64,000 bases of DNA, from positions 6,575,241-6,639,240 of the forward strand of contig OZ316899.1 in assembly GCA_973895155.1 (NCBI GenBank), given 5' to 3'. Source of the stretch: Marsupella aquatica (Eukaryota > Plantae > Marchantiophyta). Positions 49,131 through 62,821 of the stretch are shown in pieces. A model generated the notes under the pieces. It was not told where the DNA came from, ran no database searches, and saw nothing but the letters and a program-made list of their open reading frames with translations. A program made the position numbers and the translations under genes. How positions within the stretch are numbered: the stretch's first letter is position 1; each line of letters opens with the position of its first letter.

Positions 49131-52100
49131 TCATGAATGGTTTAGGGATTTCATTCTTACCTGCAAGCCTCTCTCCAAGCATACATCTTTGGCCGGTTCT
49201 CCAGTACATAATTGTAAATCTGTACGTACGTGGAGGGTGTCACCTTCAAGGGACCTTTTCTTTGTTGCCCCTAATAGTTTTACACCATCCCAGCCTTCAT
49301 CTTGTGCTTCCTCCCAAGCTGTGGGGGCCTCCTTGTCCAAGCTTGCAACTAGGCCCCCGAAAAGGAATAGACATTCATTATGCAAATATCCAAGGGCCAT
49401 GCTTCCCTCTAGCCGTGCAGGTTGACAAACCCATGACTTCAACACTTTCATGTACCTCTCCACCCAATACATCCACCGAGCATGGACTGGCCTAGCTATG
49501 GCCACCTCATCCACTAGGTGACTCACCAAATGGGCTTGCATGACAAAAACAATCAGAGGAAACACTTTCTCCAAATCACACATCAAAACTTGTGCGCTTT
49601 TTTCTCACATGGGCTCAATGTCACTCACTTTAATTTCCTTGCTGCACACCCATCTGCATGTTTAGTACCCACAAATCAGTACATCAGTACTTCTAAAACA
49701 ACAAAATATGGACGTTTCCCACCAATAGTACCACAGGAAATAACAAGCCTCCGTACCTAAACAACCCACACAGGTCATAAATAGCCTGGCGTACTCCCCT
49801 CCGTGATCTTTCATCATCACAACAACGTAATACCACAGGCAACACATGTTGCTTGAACTTGTGGTAATTATGGGATTTCAACCCAATAGGAGGCGTACTG
49901 TCATCACGCGTTGTACACCCTCGAAATCCGGCCCCATAATGACTTGGGAATTTCATCTCACAAATCATTCCATTCATTCTCCTCAATAATGGTCTAGGCA
50001 AAGACCATGGGGCATTAGGCACTACACCATCCTGGGTTGTCCAACACCCCTTTATCATTCCAACATCTTTTGCATCTTCACGTATGGCCCCTGACTCTTT
50101 GTTGCCGTACAAATGTGCCACAATGTTCTTGGCCATATTCACCTCAACGTGCACAGGGTGTATCAACCACCTTATTAATAGCATCTGCATTCTCGGACCA
50201 CGTCACAACAGATTCAATGTTCATACTTCCAATTTAAACTTGTCATGATAGCATACGACCGTCAGGCAGTGTAGCCAGCAACCTTAAGACCATAAATGGT
50301 GCTCATACCTTTAAGACATAACAACACAACATGGAACATTATACGTGAGGATCATTTAACATAGCCATCGATCACGACGTTCATGAAAAATTACGTCGTC
50401 CTAAAAGACGTTAATGTTACCCGAACGTCGTACTTTACGACGTTTCCCTCCTGTTAATTAAATTTTACATCATGGCAGGCAATGTATAAACTAGGTATGT
50501 CCTTCATGACAACGCTAAAAAGGAAATATGGACATTTTTAATCGAACAATTCATGTCACAAATACCTAGTGTATAGGGGCATACCTGGTCCATCGGTTGT
50601 GCAGTGAGTGAGCATAGCCCTCATTTGGAATGGCTAGGGGGCTTCAAGAACATCCATTGTAGGTGCTCCTACTTCCCACAGGTGTTGGAACTCTTCAATT
50701 GCAGGTGCAAACCAGACTAAAGGATCTTTACACGCATGGGGGCCAGGTATGATTGCAAGAAGCATGACGTGCCCTTTTTTCATGGCATACCAAGGAGGGA
50801 TATTATGGTTTAGGAGTATCACAGGCTATATGGACTTGGTTTACTCCGGCTTGTACGGGTTCACTCCATCCAATGCCAATCCCAATCGCACATTCCGTGG
50901 CTCCTCTGCAAACTTAGGGAAAGTGGCATCAATGTGCTTCCAAGAAGGACTATCCTGATGATAACTCATCATGCTAGGAGAAGATTTCACCTCATAATGC
51001 CATTTCTGCAATTCAGATAATTGTTGTCGGCAATAAAGATTTTGCAGCCATGGAGTCATAGGAAAGTACCGCAACACATGCAATTAATGTACACCACATT
51101 CCACATTCTTACTTAGCTAGCTATGGGAAATTTTCCAATACATGGTACATTTACAATGCACTTGACATTGTACCTATTCTGGGATTTTGTCGCCAAGTGT
51201 ATCGTTTCGATACCGTGGAAGATTGCATCCCAAAATTGGACAAACAATAAGATCCGCATACTCCTTTCTGTACAAGACACACCCTCTTGGGTAAGCATGT
51301 ATGGTCTCCAAAGTCAGCCCTATTGATGAGAGCAGTTTCTTGGCTTCTCTCACACCTTGGGGCAAAGTATTTGGTTGTGGCAATAGCTTCTGAAGTAACT
51401 CAAACAATGCATCTATGTGAACATCCAAGGTATTGAACATCCCCTGCACCAATATAGTGGCAGCCATCCTGCACAACAGGTTCACCCATGCATGAAGACA
51501 ACTTAACTATGAACACAATCATGGGCTGCCAAGATAGGATGAAGGTGTGATGTGCTTACCGTGATGACTCTGATCCCTCAAACAACGGAGTTCTTGCTTC
51601 TTTCTCTTGAGTTCGTCCCAATCAGGCTTGACGTTGTCTAAGCCATCATGTGGGCCAAAATGACTGTCTACCAAGTGGGCAAATGCATCTTCCTCCAAAA
51701 TTGGGTTTTTATCTTCCTCATTTTCATCCCCAAAAATCTGCTCATGGTGAAAAGGGGATCCATCCGTGTCACAATAGGATGATGTATAGTCAGGCGGACC
51801 TGAGCCCTCCTCATTGTGCCTTTCATAAAATGCACGGACAGAAGGATTCATCACTGAAGTATGAGGCGTGGGAGTCATGGTGGAGTTCTGCTACATACAT
51901 GACATTAAGTGAACATTGGCACAACATAACATGGTCATAAGTGCAAAGAAATGCATGAGGTGCAAACTGGTATGTACTGAGGTATTTTGTACAAATTGTG
52001 AGTCAATGCCAATTGTAATCCACAAAAATCTCATCTCCAGACCGAATTGTGCAAGTTGCATGCGTGATACCACACTGTGTCACTCTACATGGTAGGCGAG

Positions 52101-53074
52101 GGTGTACCTGCCGCACATACTCAACCCACTCCGCATTGGGGCGATACCCACAACAACGCAATCTAGTGGTGCTATTGATGTACCCAGCCAGGTTCCCAGT
52201 CCTAGGCGGGAATCCATCAATCTGACTAAACGAGGGTCCCCCTTAATCGCTATACCATAGCGACTAAAGGTAGGGCACTGTCGTGTCAAGATGCGCCAAG
52301 CAGCAGTTGAGTACTGTGGCCCATAAAAAGGAAAAAGTTGAGGGTAGTCCACAAGAGGACAACCCTTTGGTACTATGATGTTGGATAGGGCAAACAAGCC
52401 TAACCCAACCTCAAGCCCAAGGAGAGAGGGAAGACGACCCATGGCCCGTCCCAAACAAAGAATGGCTCTCCAACTTGGAATTCTCCATAGTCAGGGTACC
52501 CAAAACTAGTGGGGAAGGAGTCCTTCGTGACTTCAAGAGCTCTACCATGGAGCTCCTTGGCAGTCCTCAAAACTGGAGGATCGTCTCAAAAATGGTTCAC
52601 CCATGCATCCATGCAAGACGGCCTCATCATACGTGGACAGGTGGGAACAAGCACATCTGACTGTAGAGGATGCCTCTGCTGTCTACACACACTATCAAAG
52701 TGTCTATCTATGGCTAACAATGATGCCTCTATTGCTGATGGGTGAACAATAGATGTCATAGCCGCACGTGCCATACGCCTCATGTCCTCCAAACTTGTAA
52801 CCTCTAAAAAAATAGGATGCCTCTGTTAAATGCAAACATGCAATCATTAGTGGTGGGTATTTTTGTTATAGCAAGCAAGAGGAGACAATAGTATAGAGGT
52901 GTACATGTTGTCACTAACAATTGCAAACATTACCTACTGTGGAGGGGGTACATATCGACCATGGGTCCCACAATGGCTCAAGATAGTAGACTAATCCTGA
53001 TCCACCACTCCCTTGCACCGTTTGCATGGGCAAGGGGTCTTTTCCAGTGGAACATATGAATCCATAGCAGCCAT
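49131..53074 (-). pseudogene. CACTA transposase 5' part (transposase-associated CPCxxC, Transposase_21, DUF4218), spliced and decayed
   Basis: KTPCPCKRCKG near 53020; IHAYPRGCVLY; LRYFP; RNVRLGLALDGVNPY; NIPPW..MK; IIPGP; GLKSHNYH; HARWMYWVERYMKVLK. Confidence 0.88.
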
Positions 53075-53727
53075 AGTAGCAATCTCCACACGAGTCGACC
53101 GAGGTAAAGAACCAGATGATGTGGATGAAGATTGACGTCAATGATGATGACGGTGACGTCTCAATAAATGATGATGGCGTTGCCTCCGGTCCCAATGAAT
53201 CGGCGAATCACTACGGTCATCATGGCAATCTTGACTCCTGCTTTGATGTTTGTATCAATGTTGAGATCTATCACGAGACCCCCACCTCCCGTCCCCATCT
53301 AAATCTGAGTCGGACATGTCCCTCAGCATGCCTAGAAATCCAGGCAAAGTAAGAACCATTACCCTAAACTTGCCGCAAACCCTAAAACCAAGACTCAACT
53401 ATGTTAACGTCGTACAAAACAAAGTAAATAGAATTAACAACCTTCCAAACAACGTAAACTACATCATACGTTGCTCCGACGATGTTACTTGTGTATTCCC
53501 AACAGACATAAAGATTTAAATACGTTGTATGGAAAGACGCAATTAGCGCATGAACGTCGTTCAAAATAATGTTAATTAGTTAAATGACATGAGCCCGAGG
53601 CTTCAAGTGGTGGGAACGGGGACCAAGGGAAGGGAAAGAGGGGAATGGAAGGGAGATGTGCCATTGTAAACCTCCACATTCAAAACATTCATATTCAGGG
53701 TTTTGCATGGAATAGTGAGCAACAACA

Positions 53728-56700
53728 ATGGTAGGGGTTCCTTTCTCACTGAACTTTGATGCAGAGAAAGTTAAGAATGGAGATGCAAAAGAGATTGAAA
53801 AGGTGCACATAGCAATGGAATCAACAAACCCAATGATAGTAGCTTTCACACACAACTGGAAGTTCATGGGATTATCGAATGGAAGCAAGGAGTCAAAGTT
53901 TATTGCTTACCTAGAGCGTTTGGAGTGCGAGGTCTCGTTGGAGGAGGATGTGGGACCAGTTCTTGTTGCTCACGGATACTCTACAGATCTTCCAGGACCT
54001 TCGGCTCCTCCTCCTCCAGACTTAGGACCTTGGGATGATGTTACTGGCATTTTTGACACCAGGTCCCCCTACAGCCCACGCCAGTCCAAAGTCAGGTTCA
54101 TGTAGTGGACAGATCAAGAGGACGACAACGAGAACGAACTCCTTCGATTAGTTTGTCTTTAGAGAGAGATGAGCAAAGAAGAAGGAAGGGGAAGGAAAGA
54201 CATAGAAGTGATAGAAGGAGCAATGGAAGGAGTGAGAGAAGACAAGAAAGAAGGCGAGATCACACCACTGAGAGTGAGAGGAGCAGACGACACTCACCAC
54301 AAGAACGTCACAACAGGGGTTGAAAGGAGCACGCATGACATCTCCACTACCAACGATCAAGCTATCAGTGTTTGATGCGATTCCAGAGGTCCATGATGAG
54401 AAAGGCTCGACAAACCGCGTGAAGTTGGTCCTTGGCCGACACTATCCCAACTAGACCATTTGGAAGGACTTGCAAAAGGATAGTAAGAGGTTGCAGCTCA
54501 TTATCAATGATGTGCAGGCCGGATTCAAGAATGGCCCAGAGATAAACTACTTGCACCTCAAGTCGAAGAGTATCTCCCACCTGGTGGATCGTCGCTTCAG
54601 GTGGAAAGAGAAGGTACAAGACCTCCAAGACCAGACCACAAAATAGTACAACCGACCTGAAGGGATGGCAAAGGCTGACTTTCAGATTATAGTGAAGGAG
54701 CTCACGGCAGCACCTGACACACCAATGGGACGCCGTGCACGAATGGGGGATGCTGCCACTCAAAAGCAAATGTCGCAACCCAGGAAAGTGGTCACCAACT
54801 CTGGGGACAAGGCGGGTGGAGGGGGTTTCTTGCCAAATATATAAGTGTGTCTGTCTCGGTTTTTTCCCAGTTTAACATCGGTTTTCAGCCTTAATGTCGT
54901 AGCCGCTGTAATAAGCCGGAAGAACCAAAAGTAATGCTTCAAACTTTAAAACTCAGGTTTTGATCCCATGAAGAAAAGATTTGAATCAGAATGAACTCTT
55001 CTATCACTTTGAGTGACTTAGCTCAGACCTCTTCTGTCACTTTGAGTGACTTAGCGCTCTGAGCTGTAAAACCTCACTTATTTTGGAATTGAAATAAAAT
55101 AAACCAACACAAAAGTAACTGAACTTCTGATTTATGAACCAGGAGAGAAATGATTTGAGAATGAAATGGTAGAATCTGTTATTGCCACTCCTTCATAAAG
55201 GACTATGGTCTTACTATAGACACAAACTAGGCTTCATGTGTCAGTGATTTCACTCGAGTATTCATAAAAAATATATGGTAAAACTTTATCTTATTGATGG
55301 ACAAAATAATTTATGGTCACAAATGTAATGAGATGCTTAAAAGCGTCGGCAACACAGTTCAATGTCAGCGATACGCAACTCAGTTAAACACTAAGTCATA
55401 CTCCATAAACAAGATCACGGTACTCAATATTCTGTGCATCATAGTATACTTCACTCTTACCAACATCTACTCCTGAATTGTCTACCAAATGTCTTTACAG
55501 CGACAAGTCTAGTAGTGAATTCAATAGAGTCTAAGAAGTTTGCAACTGAATTCAATCACCACAAGAATCTCTTGAATTCATTTACAACTTAAATCACAAG
55601 TAGCTTTACAAAACACTCTCTCATATTTTGTTAAAATGGAAGGAGGAGGATCCTACACCAAACTCATTCCTGAGTTTTGGATTCTTCCTTGGTTTACTCC
55701 GAGAATAACAGAGTTTAAGTACTTAAGGTAAGGGACGCTAAAAGGTATGTCTTTTGGGAAAGAGAATCAAAAGATCACTTCTAAATAAATAAAATCAGTT
55801 CTCATTCTAGTCTAAACATTTCAAAAATGAAGCTAGATTGATGGACGCTTATGAAAGTGTCTTGATAGTCGGCATCACTACATTGAGTAGAAGCATCGGT
55901 GAGCGTCACAAGGAGTGTGGGTGATCATAGTATCGTCCGGTTTGGGGTAGACGCTTGCAGAAGCGTCCGGTTTCACATCAAATACTTGTAAAATGGCATC
56001 AAACAAACTTAAATTGCAAAAAAAAATCAGTGGTAGCCTTTCACAGCCGCCGCATGTTTACGTCTTTCTAGACGTCGTAATATTAGGGTTTGCCATTTCA
56101 CGTCGTTTAGAATGACGTTTGTTGAGGTTAATGTCGCTTTGACGACGTTAGTGCCATTGAAAAATTGTACAAAGCAAGGAAACGTTGTCCTAGGAGACGA
56201 ATGTGTTAGGCAACTTAATGAACGTCCATTTTGACGATGTAAAGTAACTTCTAAATGTCATACGGAATGACTTTTTTGAGAATGTGCAGAAATTGAAGTA
56301 TGGTCGTGATGCCAAGCCCACATAGCAGGAGAGAGTGTTTTCAAAGAGATATGGACGTACCTTGCGCATTATGGCTACGATTAGACATGACAGGCGAGGG
56401 GGAGGAGGTGAGCATGAAGGACAGAACCTCATACCTTGTTGCTTAAGACATCCATAGCCTCATGGTTGCATGCAGGTCACTAATTCATGCGTGAACTTGT
56501 GTTGTAGGTTGACTGGAGTGCTTTGATAGGTTGCATTTGTCGTCCTATATTTGAGGATGATGAGAATGATGACACGGGCTTAGCCAATGAGGAGCGTCCC
56601 ACTAGGGAGGCATTTTGGCAGGCACAAGCGAGTGCTGATGGTGTAGTAGACAGGAGTCTTGAGGGTACTCATGCCACATGTGACCTATTTCCTGGAGGAT

Positions 56701-56913
56701 CTAGAGATAGGAGGGGAGACCAGCAGCAGCAGTCAAGAGGAGGGGCTACCCAGGGTGAGAGAGATAGTGCATACTTGCAGGAGGGTAGGAGGAGGATGCG
56801 ACACCGTGCATCCGAGCCAGATGCCACCGAGGGAAGATAGCGACCACCTAGTTTGGCGTAGGTCATCACGATCTAGTAGGGATGCTGGACATCCGTCGTC
56901 ATCAGAGTGCTAG
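53728..56913 (+). pseudogene. Decayed second CACTA ORF of unknown function, divergent from the transposase and interrupted by a solo LTR
   Basis: ORF pieces 53728-54323 (Arg/Glu/Ser-rich), a continuing frame to about 54840, and further pieces after 56240. Confidence 0.4.
54907..56045. mobile_element. Solo LTR (1139 bp)
   Basis: TGTAA...TCACA termini flanked by a perfect 5-bp TSD GCCGC (54902-54906, 56046-56050); AT-rich and non-coding. Confidence 0.8.
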
Positions 56914-57552
56914 GTAGGATAGTGCTATGTTAGAATAGTGCTAGTTAGGATAGTGCTCCATAGGCCACAATTGTAAATAATTTTTTGCCATCTTAATACA
57001 CTATGTTATATTCCCGGCATCCCACAATACATACATGTATGATGAAATAGTAAACCCAACCACCAATTGGCAGCAAATATTATAATATAATCACACTCAA
57101 ATGTTGTGCCTCGACCAGAACTTACCCTTGTACTAGAGGACGTAAACACGATAATGTCGTCCACCGTACGACACAATTCCATGTACCAAAGGACGTTTCT
57201 TAAACTAACATCTTCCAGTGATTGGTTCTTTACCTTAACCACCACGACGTTACATCATATTTAATGACTCATGCCACGACGTTTGTTACCAAAATAAGTA
57301 CATCTGACAACGCCTGTTGCATCCCCTTGTCATTCACAAATATATGCTTCAAGGCCAATGCTATGTCATTTTACGTCCTCTTGTGCTTGGAAACTATCCT
57401 TGCATGTCACGCCGTACAGGAACGTCGTATTGGGGGCCGTAAATAATGTACCCTGATTTGCATCGGTGGGTACAACGTACACAGATGACGTAATAACCCG
57501 TATGAAATGACATGGGAGACGACGTCAAATGCTTAAAAATGTAGTAGTGGTT

Positions 57553-59352
57553 CGGATCCCGAAGGACACTTACAAAGCCTGGGATCTGGAAGTATAGAGC
57601 TTGCAAGACAAAGCTGCCACGATGGCTAAATTGATGAAGGAGGCACTACCAGATCCGGTGCACAAGAGGAAGTTGGTATAGCTTAAGAAGGTGAGCATGA
57701 ACTTGTGGAGAGTATTCACGGGATAGAAGATAGCATTTCGGAATGCTATTGAGATTGATGAAGCTATGGGTTTAGGAACCCTTTGTATTATTTTAGCTGC
57801 AGCAGGGATTAACAAGAGAGCCATTCGCCTGGATGATTGGGAGCAAATCTGGTATGACATCCCGGTTTGGGTCAGGTTTATGCTGTCGTTCTTTGAGTGG
57901 TCAGGAGCCATAGGGTTCACCCAACTCAAAGACTTATATTTTAGATTAGGAGGGAGGGCCAACAGTAGAGTCACACAAATCTTGCTATCCAAACTAGAGA
58001 GAGAGCACACTGACCACCCTCATTGCATAGCGCTAATGGCGGATGCAAACACCACGCATCCTGACTGTCTGGCACGAAAACTTCATTGGTTCTATAGTTT
58101 AGCATTACATAATTAGGAAAGTCTTTGATTTAGTGGAGGTAGTTATGAAGTCCTAGGCAACAAGGGAGATCCAAACCAACTATGAGAAGTATACCCATCC
58201 TCGTCTCGTTACCTTTCTCCAAACGGCAGGATGGCACAATACGGAGAGGAATGGGATGCGCGTGTGATCTTCAATCCCTACTTCACCTCCCACCTTATAG
58301 TATCCAACGAGTGGATGAGCTTTGTAGATCTTCTTATCTTACCCCAATTCAGTCACATTGCCATGACTCATTTTTACTCGCTAGGTAGGGATCCGGCTGC
58401 AGTGGCCTGTGCGGGGGATACTATCCAAACTGACAAGTTTCCCTTTGATTTGGCTGATTTACGTGTGGGTATTTGGGAGAAGACATCATTTTGGGAAAGG
58501 GTAACCCCTACGGAGAATGTAATTAGATGGTTAGAAGCAAGTGTACATAATTATAGATTAGGAAATTACTTTGGACTTGCGACCTTCTAGACGCCACACC
58601 AATTCTTCCAGGAACTTGTAGATGAGGATGGGTTTGGTCTATACTTGGAGACCAACCCTATAGTTGTATATCACTCAATATGCCAACATGATCCCCAAGT
58701 CAGGATGCGGCTGCCCCAGCTTGAGGACGACCCACCATTGAGCCTTTTGGCTCAACTTAGGTGATGGATAAATGCCCTTACACATCGACTTCCTTTTGGG
58801 CATTCACTTGCGGATCCCCGTTACTTCCGGTGGTACTATTTTGCGCGTTCCTTAATTGAGGTAGTGGATCAATCTGGACAAGCAGGCACGGTTGAAGCGG
58901 GTCTTAATGGGGAGATGCAGTGTAAAGGAATGATTATGTGGAAGTTGTTTAGCCGGGCGGGGCCAACCATCGCACGGATGTACAATCTGTTAATAGACGT
59001 CAAGTTCTTGAAGGGGGAGGACCCCATAATTAGATGTGGAGGACCACCAGCGCCAACTCGGGCATACCTCATGGTATACCAACCCAACCTTGACACTGTG
59101 GATGAAGAAATCAAGCTGGAGGACGAGTGGGATATTAACGTTTACGAAGAATACTACAGGTGGTGGGTGATCGCGGGCAAGACGCCGGGGGAAAGGGAAG
59201 AATGATGCCTAAGATAGCGGAATGAACTGCGTTGCCAGCGCTGGGCTCACCGTTGAATTGATGCAATGGCGGCAAGGGATGCAGAGGCAGCCAAGTGGGA
59301 GGTCGCACATAAAAGAGAATTAGGGTTGCCGCCTACTGGAGAAGAAGGTTGA
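57553..59352 (+). pseudogene. Right half of the long decayed ORF split by the CACTA
   Basis: RIPKDTYKAWDLEV* is in frame with ORF 57766-58116; pieces 58231-58590 and 58864-59205 follow. Confidence 0.55.
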
Positions 59353-60539
59353 AAGATTGGCAAATAGAACTAGGTTAGGAAGAGGAAATAGCTTGTTAGG
59401 ATCAAGGTGGCCATTGCCCCATTCTTAGGACAGATTGTAAAGTATTTAAACCCCTGGACTGAAGTGAAAGGGGGGGGGGGGGACATTATTCATTTACATG
59501 GCGTGTATTCTTGCAAGCATAACCGCGTTGATGTGCAATGTTCTTTTCCCATTTTGATAAGTCAGTCCTTGTTGAATTCCCAATGGAGATTGTTGTTGAG
59601 GAAGTAAGGTTCGGATACTAACAATAGTGACGACAGGAGGTTGTTTCCCCTATATTGCAGACTGTCCAAACCGGTGTCAAGGTTGGATGAGCTAGACCGT
59701 TTCATGACTATGTGTCTTGCCTATGACAGGAGTAAGGATGAAGAGCTGCAATGTCAAGGTAAGCTTAGGGGTCTAGTTGGAAATTAACCCCCCCCGCTTT
59801 GCCTCTTGTCTACGTCCCCTAGAATCACCCATTGGATGAAGGCCTTTCATACATTGCACCAGGTAGAGTACGTGTTGTTTGGGGTGGCTAAGGGGAAAAG
59901 AGGTAGTCTTCCCTTTTTCCCTATCCCCCGGGTGGTTTGGATACTGTCGGAAAGCTCACCTCTGCTATTGAGTGTCGTCTCGTACCAGGTGGAGGTTCGG
60001 ACGAAGTAGAGCACTCTGAGTGGACATCCAAGATAAACCCAGACCAAACTCATTGCCCTACACTTGGTGCAAATAACATCATGATAGGACGTCAGGTGCG
60101 GAAGCCTGTAAAAAAGATTTTGAAACTGAAGGTTAGGACCACAAGAACTATGCATAGCCATGCCTTCCACAAATTAATCTGTGCCTTGGTACCCCTTTTT
60201 ATCAATGGTGGGTAAGTCCTTTGAATCTCCGAGCTGCTTTCCATGCAGTAGTAGTAGTGCAAGGGTCGTAAGAAATATTATTGGTAATCAGTCTACGTTG
60301 GTGTGAATCCTGGCAACCCAGGGCTATAGAAGGGTTCACTCGAAAGAGGATTGTTAGCTACTTTTCACAGTTAGTTCGCTCGCCTTAAGCCAAGCACGAC
60401 ACTCATCAAGAGAGAAGACTGGTCCGGACACATAATCCTGGCTTGGGTTTGTTGCTTCCCTATGCTCCACCCCGACGACACTTCCGGTATGGATAGAGAT
60501 CCCTTTTTGAGCTTTGGTGTTGGAGGGCTGTAGGAGGAA

Positions 60540-62821
60540 GATTGCCAAGTCATTTGGTGCTCTATTGGACTACTTAGAGGGGTCCGACAGGGCTGCCCCC
60601 TCTCCCCTTGCTTTTTGTCATCTTGACTCAACCATTCATGATTTTCCTGGATCATGAAATAGCACAAGGTAGAATGAGAGGAAGTCAAATCTTGGAATCG
60701 CTCATGGTCTGTTACAGATTTTTTGTAGACAACTTGGGTATGTTGATCCCTATTTTAGAAGAGGACTTTAATGGAGCCAGAAGGGTCATTGAGTGCTACC
60801 AACTTGCATTAGGAGCCAAACTTAGCTTGCACAAGTCAACAGTGACTCCCGTGGCAATTGACGTCAACCCGGGATGGTTGGTTTTGACCAGCTGTAAGAT
60901 TAGCGGGTTGGGTGAAGTGCAGCCCTACCTCGGGGCGCGTTTTGGTTGGGGATTAAAGATCTCACAATTACATATGTTCTGCTTAGATAAAATAGAATCA
61001 TGGATCTCAACCTGGTCAACCAGATTTTTTTTGTTCACAAGGAGAACAATTTTAGTGAAGCACATTCTATAGGCGGTGCTCATATACCACATGATGTTTC
61101 TTCACTCATTGAGTGCTTTAGACAAGAAGATGGTTGCGTTATGCAGAGCTTCCTATGGGGCTATAATGCCGCATGAGGTAAAAAGATTTCATTAGTCGCA
61201 TGGAGAACGATGGTGAGGCCCAAGGTGGATGGAGGTCTTGGTTTCAAAGATTTTAAGAGTCATTCTGATGCTTTATTATGTCAATGGTTTTACACAACTC
61301 TGGATTCCCCGGACTCAGAATGGACACAATTATATGGTGAGAACATGAAGCTAGCCAAATGGAGGAACGCAAAAGTGATCAAAAGGAACGGGTACTCTCT
61401 CTCTGACCGCCTTCTTCTTTGTTACCCATGATCTTTTTGTGGGCTGAGCTACACAGGTAGTTTATGGAAGGCATAAGAAGCACTGAGAGCACACCTATTC
61501 ATTTCCCCAGGGACTGAACCGGTGGCCTCATGGTGGTGCATCGAGGATGTAGTCAGGTGCATGGAGAGATTTCATATATTAGCAAATTATGATACAATTA
61601 GTGAGATTGTCAGGACATGTGGAAGAATTGGAAGCAGGAAGATTGCAGATATCAGCCACAGAGGATTGAATGTTTGGGGAGCATTGCAGGAGAGGCTTAA
61701 CAAAGTCAGGGGATTGGATCCGAACACATGTGAGTTATGCATCAACTTTGTCAGGAAAATCAAGTGCTCGACAGACACTCAGAACAATAGGGGAGCAAGG
61801 ATCACTGGCTGGTTTGGACTAACAAACAGGAGACACCCAACGAATTTGCATTACCTAACAGGATTTGGGACACACAGATGACAGAAGTTGAATGGAGCAA
61901 ACTATGGCGGTTGCTTTGGGTCTTGGATCTTCCAATGAAAGCCAGGACTTTCATATGGAGAATATTAGTACAGGGGCTGGGCTCTTCACAAATGTAAGAG
62001 CAATAAAGATTGGGAAGGGAGATGGATACTACAGACTTTGCACTGACATCGTGAAACTATTTTGCACCTCATTTTTACATGCCAATTTGTGGGTAGATGT
62101 TGGGCTTTAGTTTTTAGGACTTTCCCAAACGTGATTAAGTGGCCAATATTTGGAATGTCGGCTCTAATGAAGGCTTTTGTGGGACACAGTATCGAGTGCT
62201 CCCTGATTATTTTCATGGGGTACCAAGTATTATGGGCTATCTGGTTGGCAAGGAATGAGAACATGTTCAACGAAGGTAGTTCTAGGAGATTTTATCTGAA
62301 TCTATTATTCTAAGAAATGTTGGATCAATTGTATGGCTGGTGCGGGGAATGGGGCCATAGCAAATGTCACACTTGGCTCCTAAGAGTGAAGGAAGAAGTG
62401 GAAAAAAGAACGATTGTTTTGGGCTCCTTGGGCGAAGGCCCATTTTGCTCTACGGACTGTGCCCGCGGTTGGCATCATCAGGAGACTCATAGATTGTGTA
62501 GGGCGTTGGGGGCTTCTGGTGCGTCCTCTGTCCCGGACCTCAGGTGGTGTGGCATGCTTGGTTCTTTTAGCGTGGAGGACTTGATAGGTTTTTGGAATGT
62601 TGTGCCTCCGGGGCTGTGCCTGGTTGGCCAGTGTGCTTTGTGGCCCCAATATATCCATTCTTGGAGCTATGGATTTGAATAGTTTTTGACACAGATTGGG
62701 AATTAGGTCTGGTTTGTCTTATAGGTGGGGTCTTCTTGGGTTGGTTCCTGCCCTATTTTGGGCCTTTGTTGCCTGTTGGGCCCCTTCCCGTGGGTGTTTG
62801 CGGGTTTTGGGGGAAAAAAAA
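60540..62821 (+). mobile_element. Decayed L1-type LINE, 3' part (RT, zf-RVT-like region, short poly-A)
   Basis: RGVRQGCPLSPLLFVI, FVDN (for FADD), YLGA, PKVDGGLG, TFIWRI, LWAIWLARNE; A-run near 62814-62821. Confidence 0.8.

Larger units (their letters stand above)
37327..57549 (-). mobile_element. CACTA (En/Spm) transposon, 20.2 kb including nested insertions
   Basis: Termini CACAACTACAT / ATGTAGTAGTG (10 of 11 match), 3-bp TSD GTT at 37324-37326 and 57550-57552, ACGT-rich subterminal regions, internal transposase. Confidence 0.85.

Noticed and set aside
52080-52800. Short ORFs between CACTA transposase exons
   Set aside because: No recognisable domain; cannot distinguish decayed exon from insertion.
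59400-59640. Possible LTR end (TATTTAAA...ACTAACA) with a PBS-like sequence
   Set aside because: No second copy and no recognisable tRNA complement.
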